DNA of 57,734 nucleotides from a bacterium (GTDB taxonomy: Bacteria; Joyebacterota; Joyebacteria; Joyebacterales; Joyebacteraceae): contig JALGVU010000002.1 of NCBI GenBank assembly GCA_025774545.1, positions 1-57,734 on the forward strand, read 5' to 3'. Of the stretch, positions 1-9,854 are shown piece by piece. The position numbers and the translations under genes were made by a program. Under the pieces are notes generated by a model. It did not search any database. It had not been told where the DNA came from and saw nothing but the letters and a program-made list of their open reading frames with translations. Numbering within the stretch: position 1 is the first letter of the stretch; each line of letters begins with the position of its first letter.

Positions 1-3000
1 GGTGGTCGGCGCTCGCGCAATGGAGCAGGATCTCGCCGATCATGATGTCGACGTCGCCGGGCTCGACGTCGATCGTGAGCTGGTTCCCGGCCATGTTCGC
101 GTAGTCGTCGTCGACGTCGAGATCCGGGATCCCGAGGTTGAACGCGAGCGTGAACGTGTCGAACGTCTCGTCGATCTGCCAGACGCCGTCCGGCGGGTCG
201 AACGGCATTGGCCCGTGAGCGTCCTCGAAGACCCTCACCTGACCCTTGTAGAGCCCCTGTGGCAGAGTCGCAGCGTCGACATACACCTGCGCCGAGTCGA
301 GCTCCGCGAGCGCGAGACCCGTGAGGAGCGGGTCGTCGAAGCTGATCGCCATCGTCGGATCGACAGGTCCGACTGCCCACCACTCGTACTGCGCCCTGAT
401 CTCGGCGGTCATGTTGGTGTTGCCCTGCAGATCCATGGTGTCGGTGTCCCACGTGCGGCCGACGGCGGGCTGAGCCGGAAGTCCGTTGAGGTCGTTGACC
501 CCATCGGGCGCGTGGCCGGGGTACGGCCAGATGCCGTCCGGGTTCGTGTTCGGGTTCGCGAGCAGGAAGACACCGGTGATCGGACCTGCGAACCCGGGGA
601 CTCCGGCGAGATGCATCTCCCCCTCGGCCGGCGGCTCCGGGAACTCGGGCGGATCGCACGCAAGGCCGACGCCGATGGGATTGCCGTCGTCGTCGCAGAC
701 GTCGAGATCCTGCCAGGGCGCAACCAGGACCCTCACCTCGACCCAGTCGTCCGGCAGCTCCTGCGGGGCTGCGCGGGCGGTCTCCACCTGCACGTAGCCC
801 AGGTAGACGCCCGGCATCACGCCCTCCGGAACGTCGACGGCCACGGTGATCGTCCTGGATGTGCCGGCCACGAAGCCGTCGATGTCGTCGTCGCTGAAGC
901 TCAGGGCCGAGTAGTGGAACCAGTGCTGATCGCTCTCGGCCGGCACCTCGTACGTCACGCCGGCCAGCGCCTCGAGCCAATGGAACGAGGTCGACCGCAC
1001 GTAGACGTTGTCGAGCACGATCCCGGCCGAGGGACCGTCGGCCACGTCCGGGTTGTTCGCGACGTCCGTGTGCCACACCACGAAGTCGGCCGCGCCCGAC
1101 GATCCGGGCAGGATCCCCACGCCGGGCGCCCCGACCGTGAGGACGTTCCCGACGACGTCGAACGCGTCGTTGTCGATGTCGATGTCCCAGTCGCCCCAGG
1201 AGTTCAGGAGCGGGTCAGTCCCACCCATCACCTCTGCGCCGTCGTCGACGCCGCCGCGGTCGGTGTCGGCGACGTTCGGATCGGTCTCGCCCGGCCCGCC
1301 CCAGTCGGAGACGGCGTCGTAGGGATCGTTCCCATCGCGGAAGCCGTCCCGGTCGGAATCCTCCCCCGGAAGCGGCCCGCCGTCGGGGAGACCATCGCCG
1401 TCGCTGTCCCAGTGCAGCGGGTCCGTCGTGTACGCGCCGTTCTCGACGACGTCGTAGCGTTGGCCCAGACATGGGTTGACCGGCGACGTATCGTTCCCCA
1501 TGGCGCCCAGGAGCCCGATCTCGAGTCCGTCCGCCAGGTCGTCGACGTCGGTGTCGCAGAGGAGAGGATCCGTGACGAGAGAGAGGATCTCGTACCCATC
1601 GCTCAGCCCCTCGTCGTCCGTGTCGTCGTCCCGAGGATCGGTCTCGGTCACGCCGACATCGGCGTCGTCGCCGTCGGCGTCGAGATCCTCGTCCGGATCC
1701 GCGAGGCCGTCGGAGTCGGTGTCGCCGAGATAGGCGCACGAGTTCGAGGTCCCGTCGTGGTCCCAGTGTCCGGGGTCCGGCAGCGTGCCCCCGTAGACGG
1801 GATGTACCGGTATCGGCCCGGTCTTCCCCACCTCGAACCCATCGTGGAGCCCGTCGCGGTCGGTGTCCTGGAGCTTCGGGTTCGACGCCTCGAACCCGGG
1901 CTCCCCGATGTGGGGCTGGTGGATCGGGTGGTAGTACTCCTCCCCGTCGAGAATGCCGTCCTCGTCGAAATCGCGGTCGTTGTCGGCGAAGTGGTGCCAC
2001 GTGTCGAGTCCCATCTCCTGGACGTCTGCGAGGCCGTCGTTGTCGGTATCGCTGTCGAGGATGTCGGGGGCGCCATCGCTGTCGCCGTCGTTCAACCCGG
2101 CGCAGTCCTCAGTGCCGACTCCATCCCAGACCCAGTCGTTGTCGCTGTCGACGTCGAGCGCATTCGTGATGCCGTCGCCGTCCGAATCGGCGTCGACCGC
2201 CTCAATCATCGAGAAGACCGACTCGGTCTCGTCGCAGCCATCGCCGTCGGTGTCGGCGTTCGTCGGATCGGTCCGCCAGACGGCGTACTCGTCGCCGTCG
2301 AGCAGACCGTCGCCGTCGTAGTCGGCGTCGACGGGACTCGTCTGCTGCTCGAACTCGACGTCATCGCGGAGTCCGTCGGCGTCGGTGTCGTCATTCGTCG
2401 GATCCGTCGGATGAAGCGTGTTGTCGACCCACCCGGCGGAGAAGACCGACGCCGGGTAGACCGTCGGGTCGTTGCCGGTCCCCTCGTAGCAGTCGGGAAG
2501 GGCGTCGTCGTCGGTGTCCCGGTCGGCCGGGTCCATCTCCCACGGGGAGACGGCGCCGTCCAGGTTGGCGTCCTCGACGCCGTCCTCCCACCCGTCGAAG
2601 TCGCTGTCGGCGACGCGGGGGTCGGTCTGCGTCAACGGATCCTGGTCGCCCGCCCCGAACGCCCCCGGGTGCGTGTCGGGCCCGATGGTCAGCGCGCTGT
2701 ACCCGACCTCGAGACCGTCCGTGAGAAGATCGTCGTCGGTGTCCCAGTCGAGAGGATCGGTGCCGAGCGTCACCTCGTCGCCGTCGTAGATCCCGTCGTC
2801 CTCCGTGTCGCCGTCCAGGGGATCGGTCTCCGACAGGTCGACGTTCCCATCGCCGTCGGCGTCCTCGAACCCGTCGCGAAGGCCGTCGTCGTCCGAGTCA
2901 GGATCGAGCGGGTCGTACCACGCGACATCGTCATCGTCGGCGATGCCGTCGCCGTCGGTGTCGAGGACGTGGGGGGCCCGTACTCCTGCTCCGAGTGCGC

Positions 3001-5122
3001 CATGAGGGGATTCGTCGCCCACGTCTGCGGGACTCCGTCGTTGTCCCACCAACCCGGATGCAGCTCGTCGCTGTCCCAGAGGCCGTCACCGTCGAAGTCG
3101 ACGACCTGGTGCATCGTGGGAATCACACCCCCCTCGAGCACACGCTCCTCGAGATCCGAGAGGCCATCGCCATCGGTGTCGACCCACGTGTAGGGACAGC
3201 TCCCGTAGTCCCTGGCGTCGAGCGGATCGTAGTGACACGCGACCTCCATGGCGTCGGAGTAGCCGTCGTGATCGGTGTCGGGATTGCCTGGATTGAGAGG
3301 CCCGACGCGCCCCGTGCGGCGGCCGCCGCCACCCAGTCCGCGTAGGCGATCTCGGTGCGGTCGTGGAAGTCGGCGTACTGGTAGCCTGGGGGTCCCTGCG
3401 ATTCGCGCCAATCGGAGTCCGTATCGAGCACGTTCGGGAGACCGTCCTGCCCGAGTTCCAGGTCCGAATCGTCCTCGACGAAGGTCCACTGCTGCGTGAC
3501 CCCGTCGGCGTCGACGTAGGTCCCCGTCACCGTCTCCCCGTCGAGGATCCCGTCGCCGTCCGTGTCGGGATCGAGCGGGTCGGTGCCCCAGACGTTGACC
3601 TCGATCCCATCGCCGACGGTGTCGCCGTCGGTATCGTAGTCGGTCGGATCCGTGCCGTGTCCTTGAGCCTCCTCTCCGTCCTCAAGGCCATCGTCATCGG
3701 TATCGTCGAGAGTGGGATCGGTCTGCCAGATGTGCACCTCCGCCCCATCCAGAAGTCCTCACCATCGGTCAGGCCATCGCCGTCGGCGTCACGGTCGATG
3801 GCGTTCAGCGCGGAGTCCCCGAAGGGGCGGGGCCGGGAATGGTCGGAGTTCATGTCCACGCGGTCGGTCCCGCCGCTGAGCCCTTCCGGCACTCCGTCGG
3901 CGTCGGTGTCGTTGGTGTCGAAGCGCGTCTCGAAGACGTAGATCTCGTCCCCGGCGCTCACGTCATCGCCGTCCCACGGATCGTCGGCGTTCGTCGGATC
4001 GGAGCCGAAGATCTGAGTCTCGGCTCCGTCCGGCAGGTCGTCGCCGTCGGTGTCGACGCGCGTCGGATCGGTCACGTCGTCGATGAGACCATCGCCGTCT
4101 GAATCGAGTCCCGGGCTCAAGACCGGATTCTCGACGCCGTCCTCGATGCCGTCGCCGTCGGTATCGTCGTTGTAGGGATCGGTCTTGAAGAGGACGGTCT
4201 CCTCGCCGTCCATCCAGCCGTCGCCATCGGAATCGACGCCACCGTCGAGGGGATCGGTGTGGGCGTGGTGTACCTCGTACCCATCGCTGAACCCATCGCC
4301 GTCCGTATCGTAGAGTTCGGGATCCGTCTCCCAGGCGCCGACCTCGCCGTTCTCGTTCGAGTCCTCGTCGCCGTCGATGAGCCCATCGTTGTCGCTGTCG
4401 AAGTCGACCGCGTTGCACATTCCGTCGCCGTCGGCGTCGCCCTCATCCTCGTTGCCCAGACCGTCGACCCGGCCGTCGCCATCGGTGTCAGGATCGAGAG
4501 GGTCGGTGCCGTGCATCACTTCTTCGCCGTCAGACCACCGATCTCCGTTGGGAGAATCGCTGGGATTGTCCGTGTTGGCGACCTGCGGATCGGTGCCCCA
4601 CATCACTTCCAGACCGTCGACGATCCCGTCATCGTCGGTGTCCGCGTCGAGCCAGTCGGTCTCGTTCGAGCCGGGGCCCTCGTAGACGCCGTCGCGATAC
4701 GTGTCACCGATCTGGATCTGCTCCTCGACCGAATCTGGGATCCAGTCACCATCGGAGTCGAGGTCGAGCGCATTGATCAGATCATCAGCGTCGTCGGCAT
4801 CGTCATCGAGCGTCTCGATACCGTCAGACAGCCCGTCGCCGTCGCTGTCCCAGTTGTAGGGATCGGTCTCCCCCACGTCGACGACGCCGTTCCCGTTTGC
4901 GTCCTCCTCGGCATCGCCGAGACCGTCGCCGTCCCAATCGTGCCCCTCGTCGGCGAGGTCGCCGTGAAGGCCGTGTTTGATCTCACGGAAGTCCGGGAGT
5001 CCATCACCGTCGGAATCGTAGAAGTAGGCAGCGGAGGGAAGGGCCAGCAGAGCCAGAACCAGCATCGTCCCCGAGAGGGTCGAGAGCGAGCGAACGAGTC
5101 GTGCACCATCGGATGGACGCAT
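1..5122 (-). pseudogene. Giant secreted thrombospondin-type-3 (DxDxDG) calcium-binding repeat protein. It is 3'-partial (runs off the left edge) and its reading frame is interrupted by three frameshifts.
   Basis: GGAGG-N7-ATG at 5122. Signal peptide MRPSDGARLVRSLSTLSGTMLVLALLALPSAAYF. Dozens of D-x-D-x-D-G-x-x-D repeats follow. One continuous repeat protein is spread over four minus-strand frame segments: 5122 to ~3755 (ORF 3527..5200), ~3755 to ~3320 (ORF 3123..3737), ~3320 to ~2975 (ORF 2770..3489), and ~2975 to 1. The last segment is an open frame with no stop in the window, so it is absent from the ORF track. I translated its ends by hand: ...HVLDTDGDGIADDDD... and ...GDVDIMIGEILLHCASADH at position 1. 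Confidence 0.75.
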
Positions 5123-5246
5123 GACCGGGCCTCCTTTGTGTGCGCGTGGGCCGACTGCACGACGACGCGACTCAGCCGGCGTCAACCACAGGCCCAACAC
5201 GGCTCAGGCTCTGGGATTTGTGCGGTGAGATGATGTTCGCAAAGCA

Positions 5247-5275
5247 ATTGTACAGTGTGATCTGACATAGGGCAA
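5247..5275 (-). promoter_or_regulatory. Sigma70-type promoter upstream of the repeat-protein gene
   Basis: Minus strand reads TTGCCC (5275-5270), a 17-nt spacer, then TACAAT (5252-5247). It sits in a locally AT-rich patch about 120 nt upstream of the ATG at 5122. Confidence 0.5.
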
Positions 5276-5483
5276 TAGAAAAGCACAAGAGGGACCCAGT
5301 AGGACACGAAGCTCCCGGCCGGTCGTGTGCGACTGGCGAGTTCCGAGGCGAGACGCCCTGCGGCCGTAGGCGCCGCCGGGAGGGACCGGATCGGTCTGCC
5401 CCCGCTCCAGAACGGCGCGCCGCCCGGGTCGGACGGCGCGCTTCGTAGGTCGTGCCGGTCCAGGCTCTCACCAGGCGCCCGGC

Positions 5484-8400
5484 CTATTTCAACATGATCA
5501 TCTTCGCCGTGTCGACGTCCTCGCCGACCGTGAGGCGGGCGAAGTAGACGCCGGAGGCGAGCCCGCGGCCGTCCGCGTCGAGCGCGGTCCAGGCCACCGA
5601 GTGCCTGCCCGGCTCCATGGCTCCGTCGATGAGCGAGGCGACCTTCCTGCCCGCGAGGTCGAAGACCTCGAGGCGCACGTCGCCCACGCTCCCCTCGGCC
5701 ACCACGTAGCCGATCGTCGTCGTTGGATTGAAGGGGTTCGGCCGGTTCCCGACGATGCGGCTCGCGGCGAGCACGACTCCCAAGTCCTCGCCCTCGTCGA
5801 CTCCGGTCGAGCCCTCGTCGGGCACGCCGTCGCCGTCGTGGTCGATCGTGAGGGTGTAGGCCGTGTCGATGACCGGAAGCGAGGCCGACGCATTCGATGG
5901 CACCGAGTCGCCACCCAGCTCGCCCTCGTCCCAGCAGATCGAGCAGACGAGCGAGAACTCGGCGCCCACGGGAACGAGCCCGGGACCGAGCCCATAGAGA
6001 ACGTCCCACGGGATCGCGATCTCGCTCCCGCCGTCGACGTCGTAGGTGTGGAACGAATCGAACGCCGAGATGATCGACTCGGTGAGATCCGTGGTCGTCG
6101 TCGGGCCGTCGATCGAGAAGAAGCTGTCCGAGTCCCAGGCGCTCTGATGCTGGTAGCAGCCGTACTGGAAGTCGGCGCGGAAGCCTGGAGCCGTGAACGT
6201 CGCGTCGCGGTCCCAAGCGTCGATGGCCGTCAGGTCGGTCTCCCCGTCCGGCCCGCCCGGATCGGTGTCGATGTAGAGGAGCCAGCTGTTCGTCTGAATC
6301 TGGCCGTTGACACCGACGTAGAGGAGATCCTCGTCCCAGTCGACGTAGAGGCCGTAGAGCTCGTTCATGAGCGGCAGCTCCGGAGGGTGCCAGCCGCTGT
6401 CGTCGTCCGGATCGTCGACCACGAGGGTGAAGGGCCGCCACTCGTCGTCGAAGAGCCCATCGATCGTGATCCGGGTGTCGGCCCCGTAGATCACGCGGAC
6501 GTCGTCGTCGTTCGTGACCGCGGCGTTCCCGTTGTCCGCGAGATCGACGAACGCGCTCGCGGCGAGCAGAAGCTCGAGCGTGCCGGGCGTCAGCGCCTCG
6601 ATCGCCCCGGCCGTCGGCGCCGTCACCAGGACGTTGATGACGTGGCCGTCCGACGTGTTCTGGACGGAGGCGCCCGTCGTGAGTGTGACCTCGGGCGTGC
6701 CGTCGTCGTTCTCGTCGATCGAAATCCCCGTCAGCACCACGTTGTCGTACTGGACGATCTCGTTGAACGTGACGTCGAGACGATCGGCGCTCGGGTAGTA
6801 GTGTGCCACGACCGGCCGAGGCTTGAGCTCGTCGGTCAAGGTCGCCGCGAGCGCCTCGAGCTCGGCGATCTCGTCGTCGACCGGCGGGCTCGCGTGGCCC
6901 GCGTAGACGTAGAACTCGAACTGCCCGGTTCCGACGATCTCGTCGACCTCGACGAGCGTCGCCGTGTGCGTGAGGTTGTGCGTGGCGCCGCCGTCGCCGA
7001 GGACGAACGCGGCCGTCGCGCCGCTCGAGGCGTTCCTCTGCCCGGTGTACTCGCCCCCGTCGGGCTCCCAGACTCGGGTGAGCTCGGTGTCCCAGATGAG
7101 GTCGACCAGGTCGGGCGTCCAGCCGCTCTTGATGTAGACCGTCTCGCCGCCGGCGTCGTAGACGACGTCGAGATACGGGTCCCCGAGCGACAGGCTGACG
7201 CGCTTCTCGACCGCCCCGTCCTGGTGCGTGAGCCTGAGCTCGACCACGCTCCCCGAGCCCGAGATCACCTCCAGGGCGTAGGGATCGTGCTCTCGGTCGA
7301 TGCCGCCCACGCTCACGTCCGAGAGGGCCGCGGTGTGGTTCGTCTCGTTCCAGTCGCCGTTCGTCTCGGCCCAGTAGACGTTGCAGTTCCCGACGACCGA
7401 GTAGCCGTACGGGGAGCGGCCTCCGTCGTCGCCCTTCGCGAATATCCAGTTCGCCTTTCCGCCGATTCCCTCGAAGACGGCCATCACGCGGTCGTTGTAG
7501 ATGACGGCCTCGTCCGCGCCGTCCTCGTCGAAGTCGGTGAGATAGCACCCCGTCGGGTTCGTGCCGTAGCTCCCCCACCCTTCGGCCCAGCGCGCGGCCT
7601 CGGAGTACGGGTTCGCGTTCTTGATGTGGTTCGAGTACCGGTTCTCCCAGCCGGCGATCTCGCCCCCGTCCTGCCACCCGGTCTCGTGGAGCATCGACAT
7701 CATCACGTACCACGCGGCCTGCGAGAGGCCGTTGTCGGGCCCCGCCGCGATCTTGTTGAACGTGTTCTGCCAGATCTGCTCGTAGCTCCACTTCGGATCG
7801 TGCGCGTCGAGGTTCTCGTCGCCCGTGTATCCCGCCCAATGGCAGTACCAGTCGTTGCAGCCGCCTCCGTAGCCCCACCACTCGCCCAGGAGCCCGTAAG
7901 TCCCGTTCTGGAGGGTGATCGGCGTCGCGGGGAAGCTGTCGATGACGTCGTCGACCTTCCAGACGCTGATCTGGTCGCTCATGAGGCTGCACTGCTGAAG
8001 CACGTAGATGTAGTTCTCGAGGGCGTTCGGGTGACTGACGTCGAAGCCTGCGACCTCGGCCGCGACCTCCCAGTCGTTCCCGTAGAGGATGATCTCGTCG
8101 GGCGTGCCGGCGAGGATCGTGGCGAGCGCCGCGCCGCCGTCGTAGTTCATCTGCCCGACGAAGTCGTTGTCGATCGGCAGCACCTTGAGCCCGTTGTCGA
8201 GGACGTAGACGTGGTGATCGTTGAAGACGTCGTTTGAGTACCCGCAGTGCACGTAGTCGTCGAGGATCACGGCGTCGACGTCGTTGTCGAAGAAGTCGTC
8301 CCTGATCGTCCCGTCGTTCACGCAGCACGAGGCGTTGATACCGTTGCCGTCGCTGTCTGGGCTCTCGCACCAGACCCGCTCCGGCACCCAGGCGACGCGC

Positions 8401-9527
8401 GGCCACTGTCCGTAGCGGTAGTTCGTGAGCTGTCGGTGGACGTAGATCGACCAGCTGTTCATGTCGTCGTAGACGAACGGCATGATGTGCTGGGCGTACG
8501 CCGATGTGAGCATCTGCGCCCACCCCTCGTTCACGCCGTCCACGAGCTGCTCGTTGAACGCCGGATCGTGCCACTCGGCGCCCGTGTTGAGCGTCCCGGC
8601 CATGTGGAAGTTGCCCGGGAGAGCGTAGTAGTCGTGCGCGTCCAGAAGCTCGTCGAAGCCGTCGTCGGGGTTCGCGGGGTCGCCCGCGTAGGCGGCGTTC
8701 TCGCCCTTCTCACCCCAGAAGACCGTCGTGTAGGTGAGCCCCTGGTTCCCGTGCTGGACGAAGGCCACGTTGTGGTCGCCGCGCCGCGGCTCGTTCGTGG
8801 CGGCGACCTCGTCGACGATCCTGCCTGCGACGACCGAGACGACGAGGTAGCGGACGGGCGTCGCCTCGCGGGCGGCCTCGTCCGGCGCGACCGCGTCGTA
8901 CTCCGACCACGACGCGCCCGCGGAGCGCGTCACGGCCTCGCGGAAGCTGCCGGGGAGGTGGATGGAACACTCCATCGTGTGGAGCTCGGGCTCGATCGCG
9001 ACGCGACGCACGAGGCGCGGTATCGGTTCCTCTCGCCCCGGCATGAATCCCACGGCCTCGAACTCTCCCCTCTCCGAATGGCCCATCCGCACGGCCGCGT
9101 CCCACAGAAGGGGCACGCGGAGGTCGCGCGTGTCGGGCAACTCCATCGTGCCGCCGTCCGCGTAGTCCATGAGGACGAAGACCTCCGCCCCCTCCTCCCG
9201 GAAGGAGTCGTGCAGGCCATCGAGCGACCGCATCATGACCATCCCGACGCGGAAGACCAGGCGGTCGACGTTCTGGTCGACGTAGAACGCCAGGAGATCG
9301 CCGGCGTGTCCGTCGGGATCCGCGTCGTCGTAGATCCCGTCGATCGCCTTGCAGTTGATCGCCTCGTAGTCCCCGAAGTAGCCATCGGCCTCGATGCCGC
9401 CCTCGACGGCCCGGACCTCGGTGCGGCCCTCGGCGGCCGGGGCGACGGCCGCGACGACGCCCAGGAGCATCGCCGCGACGGCGGCCGCGACGCGGACGTT
9501 CGCCCGATCTCTCCACTGTGCAGACAT
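5484..9527 (-). CDS. Secreted GH57-like glycoside hydrolase (1,347 aa) with a C-terminal Por/T9SS-type (FlgD-Ig-like) sorting domain
   Basis: GGAGGGGGAG RBS and ATG at 9527. Signal peptide ...AAMLLGVVAAVAPAAEG. GH57-like signature blocks are FVQHGNQG, WVPERVW and CNDWYCHW. The C-terminal ~85 aa (NPFNPTTTIGYVV...GVYFARLTVGEDVDTAKMIMLK) matches the Por secretion tail / FlgD-Ig pattern. Confidence 0.7.
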   Translation of the reverse strand: MSAQWRDRANVRVAAAVAAMLLGVVAAVAPAAEGRTEVRAVEGGIEADGYFGDYEAINCKAIDGIYDDADPDGHAGDLLAFYVDQNVDRLVFRVGMVMMRSLDGLHDSFREEGAEVFVLMDYADGGTMELPDTRDLRVPLLWDAAVRMGHSERGEFEAVGFMPGREEPIPRLVRRVAIEPELHTMECSIHLPGSFREAVTRSAGASWSEYDAVAPDEAAREATPVRYLVVSVVAGRIVDEVAATNEPRRGDHNVAFVQHGNQGLTYTTVFWGEKGENAAYAGDPANPDDGFDELLDAHDYYALPGNFHMAGTLNTGAEWHDPAFNEQLVDGVNEGWAQMLTSAYAQHIMPFVYDDMNSWSIYVHRQLTNYRYGQWPRVAWVPERVWCESPDSDGNGINASCCVNDGTIRDDFFDNDVDAVILDDYVHCGYSNDVFNDHHVYVLDNGLKVLPIDNDFVGQMNYDGGAALATILAGTPDEIILYGNDWEVAAEVAGFDVSHPNALENYIYVLQQCSLMSDQISVWKVDDVIDSFPATPITLQNGTYGLLGEWWGYGGGCNDWYCHWAGYTGDENLDAHDPKWSYEQIWQNTFNKIAAGPDNGLSQAAWYVMMSMLHETGWQDGGEIAGWENRYSNHIKNANPYSEAARWAEGWGSYGTNPTGCYLTDFDEDGADEAVIYNDRVMAVFEGIGGKANWIFAKGDDGGRSPYGYSVVGNCNVYWAETNGDWNETNHTAALSDVSVGGIDREHDPYALEVISGSGSVVELRLTHQDGAVEKRVSLSLGDPYLDVVYDAGGETVYIKSGWTPDLVDLIWDTELTRVWEPDGGEYTGQRNASSGATAAFVLGDGGATHNLTHTATLVEVDEIVGTGQFEFYVYAGHASPPVDDEIAELEALAATLTDELKPRPVVAHYYPSADRLDVTFNEIVQYDNVVLTGISIDENDDGTPEVTLTTGASVQNTSDGHVINVLVTAPTAGAIEALTPGTLELLLAASAFVDLADNGNAAVTNDDDVRVIYGADTRITIDGLFDDEWRPFTLVVDDPDDDSGWHPPELPLMNELYGLYVDWDEDLLYVGVNGQIQTNSWLLYIDTDPGGPDGETDLTAIDAWDRDATFTAPGFRADFQYGCYQHQSAWDSDSFFSIDGPTTTTDLTESIISAFDSFHTYDVDGGSEIAIPWDVLYGLGPGLVPVGAEFSLVCSICWDEGELGGDSVPSNASASLPVIDTAYTLTIDHDGDGVPDEGSTGVDEGEDLGVVLAASRIVGNRPNPFNPTTTIGYVVAEGSVGDVRLEVFDLAGRKVASLIDGAMEPGRHSVAWTALDADGRGLASGVYFARLTVGEDVDTAKMIMLK

Positions 9528-9590
9528 GATTCTCCCCCTCCACCCCCGGCTCAAGCCGGGAGCACCGTCACGTTGAGCCTCTCTGCGGTC

Positions 9591-9619
9591 AATATAGCAC
9601 AGAACGAGCGTCTGGTCAA
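9591..9619 (-). promoter_or_regulatory. Sigma70-type promoter of the GH57-like gene
   Basis: Minus strand reads TTGACC (9619-9614), N17, TATATT (9596-9591), about 60 nt upstream of the ATG at 9527. Confidence 0.55.
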
Positions 9620-9661
9620 TGAGCAACACTCACATTGGCCGATCGGTGCGGGGCGGTCGCC

Positions 9662-9697
9662 GGTGGCATCCGAGGGATCGGTGGCATCCGAGGGATC
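9662..9697. repeat. Perfect 18-bp direct tandem repeat x2 (GGTGGCATCCGAGGGATC)
   Basis: Copies at 9662-9679 and 9680-9697 are identical. The repeat is intergenic, between the orphan gene and the GH57 promoter. Confidence 0.9.
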
Positions 9698-9726
9698 GGC
9701 GCTCACGTGCGCTGGCAGGTGAAGTT

Positions 9727-9789
9727 CCGGCGCGAGCTTCGATGGCCCCGCACGCGCTTCGATGCCCCGGCGCGAGCTTCGATGGCCCC
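9727..9789. repeat. 23-bp perfect direct repeat (CCGGCGCGAGCTTCGATGGCCCC) x2 flanking a degenerate third copy
   Basis: Perfect copies at 9727-9749 and 9767-9789. The segment between them, 9750-9766 (GCACGCGCTTCGATGCC), is a shortened copy, so the CTTCGATG core recurs about every 20 nt. Confidence 0.9.
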
Positions 9790-9854
9790 TCGCGCAGCGA
9801 CGCCCGCTCCTTCGAGCGGGCGCCTTCCATCTCGATCTCAACGCGCGACCCCCG

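Noticed and set aside
2970-2976. Programmed -1 ribosomal frameshift at the C6 run (minus strand)
   Set aside because: There is no X XXY YYZ slippery heptamer in the zero frame and no evident downstream stimulatory structure. The other two breaks lack homopolymers of comparable length. Sequence error or mutation is more parsimonious. I report it as an open question under findings rather than as a recoding feature.
2-3193. 1,063-aa plus-strand ORF, the longest at the left end
   Set aside because: It is antisense to the TSP3-repeat gene. Its composition is Val/Arg/Gly/Asp-rich with no motifs, which is the typical GC-rich shadow frame. The opposite strand carries the signal peptide, the RBS and the DxDxDG repeats.
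5182-8574. 1,130-aa minus ORF and 878-aa plus ORF (5601..8237) overlapping the GH57-like gene
   Set aside because: Both are extremely Arg/Gly/Pro-rich alternative or antisense frames. Only the 5484..9527 frame has a signal peptide, enzyme motifs and a sorting domain.
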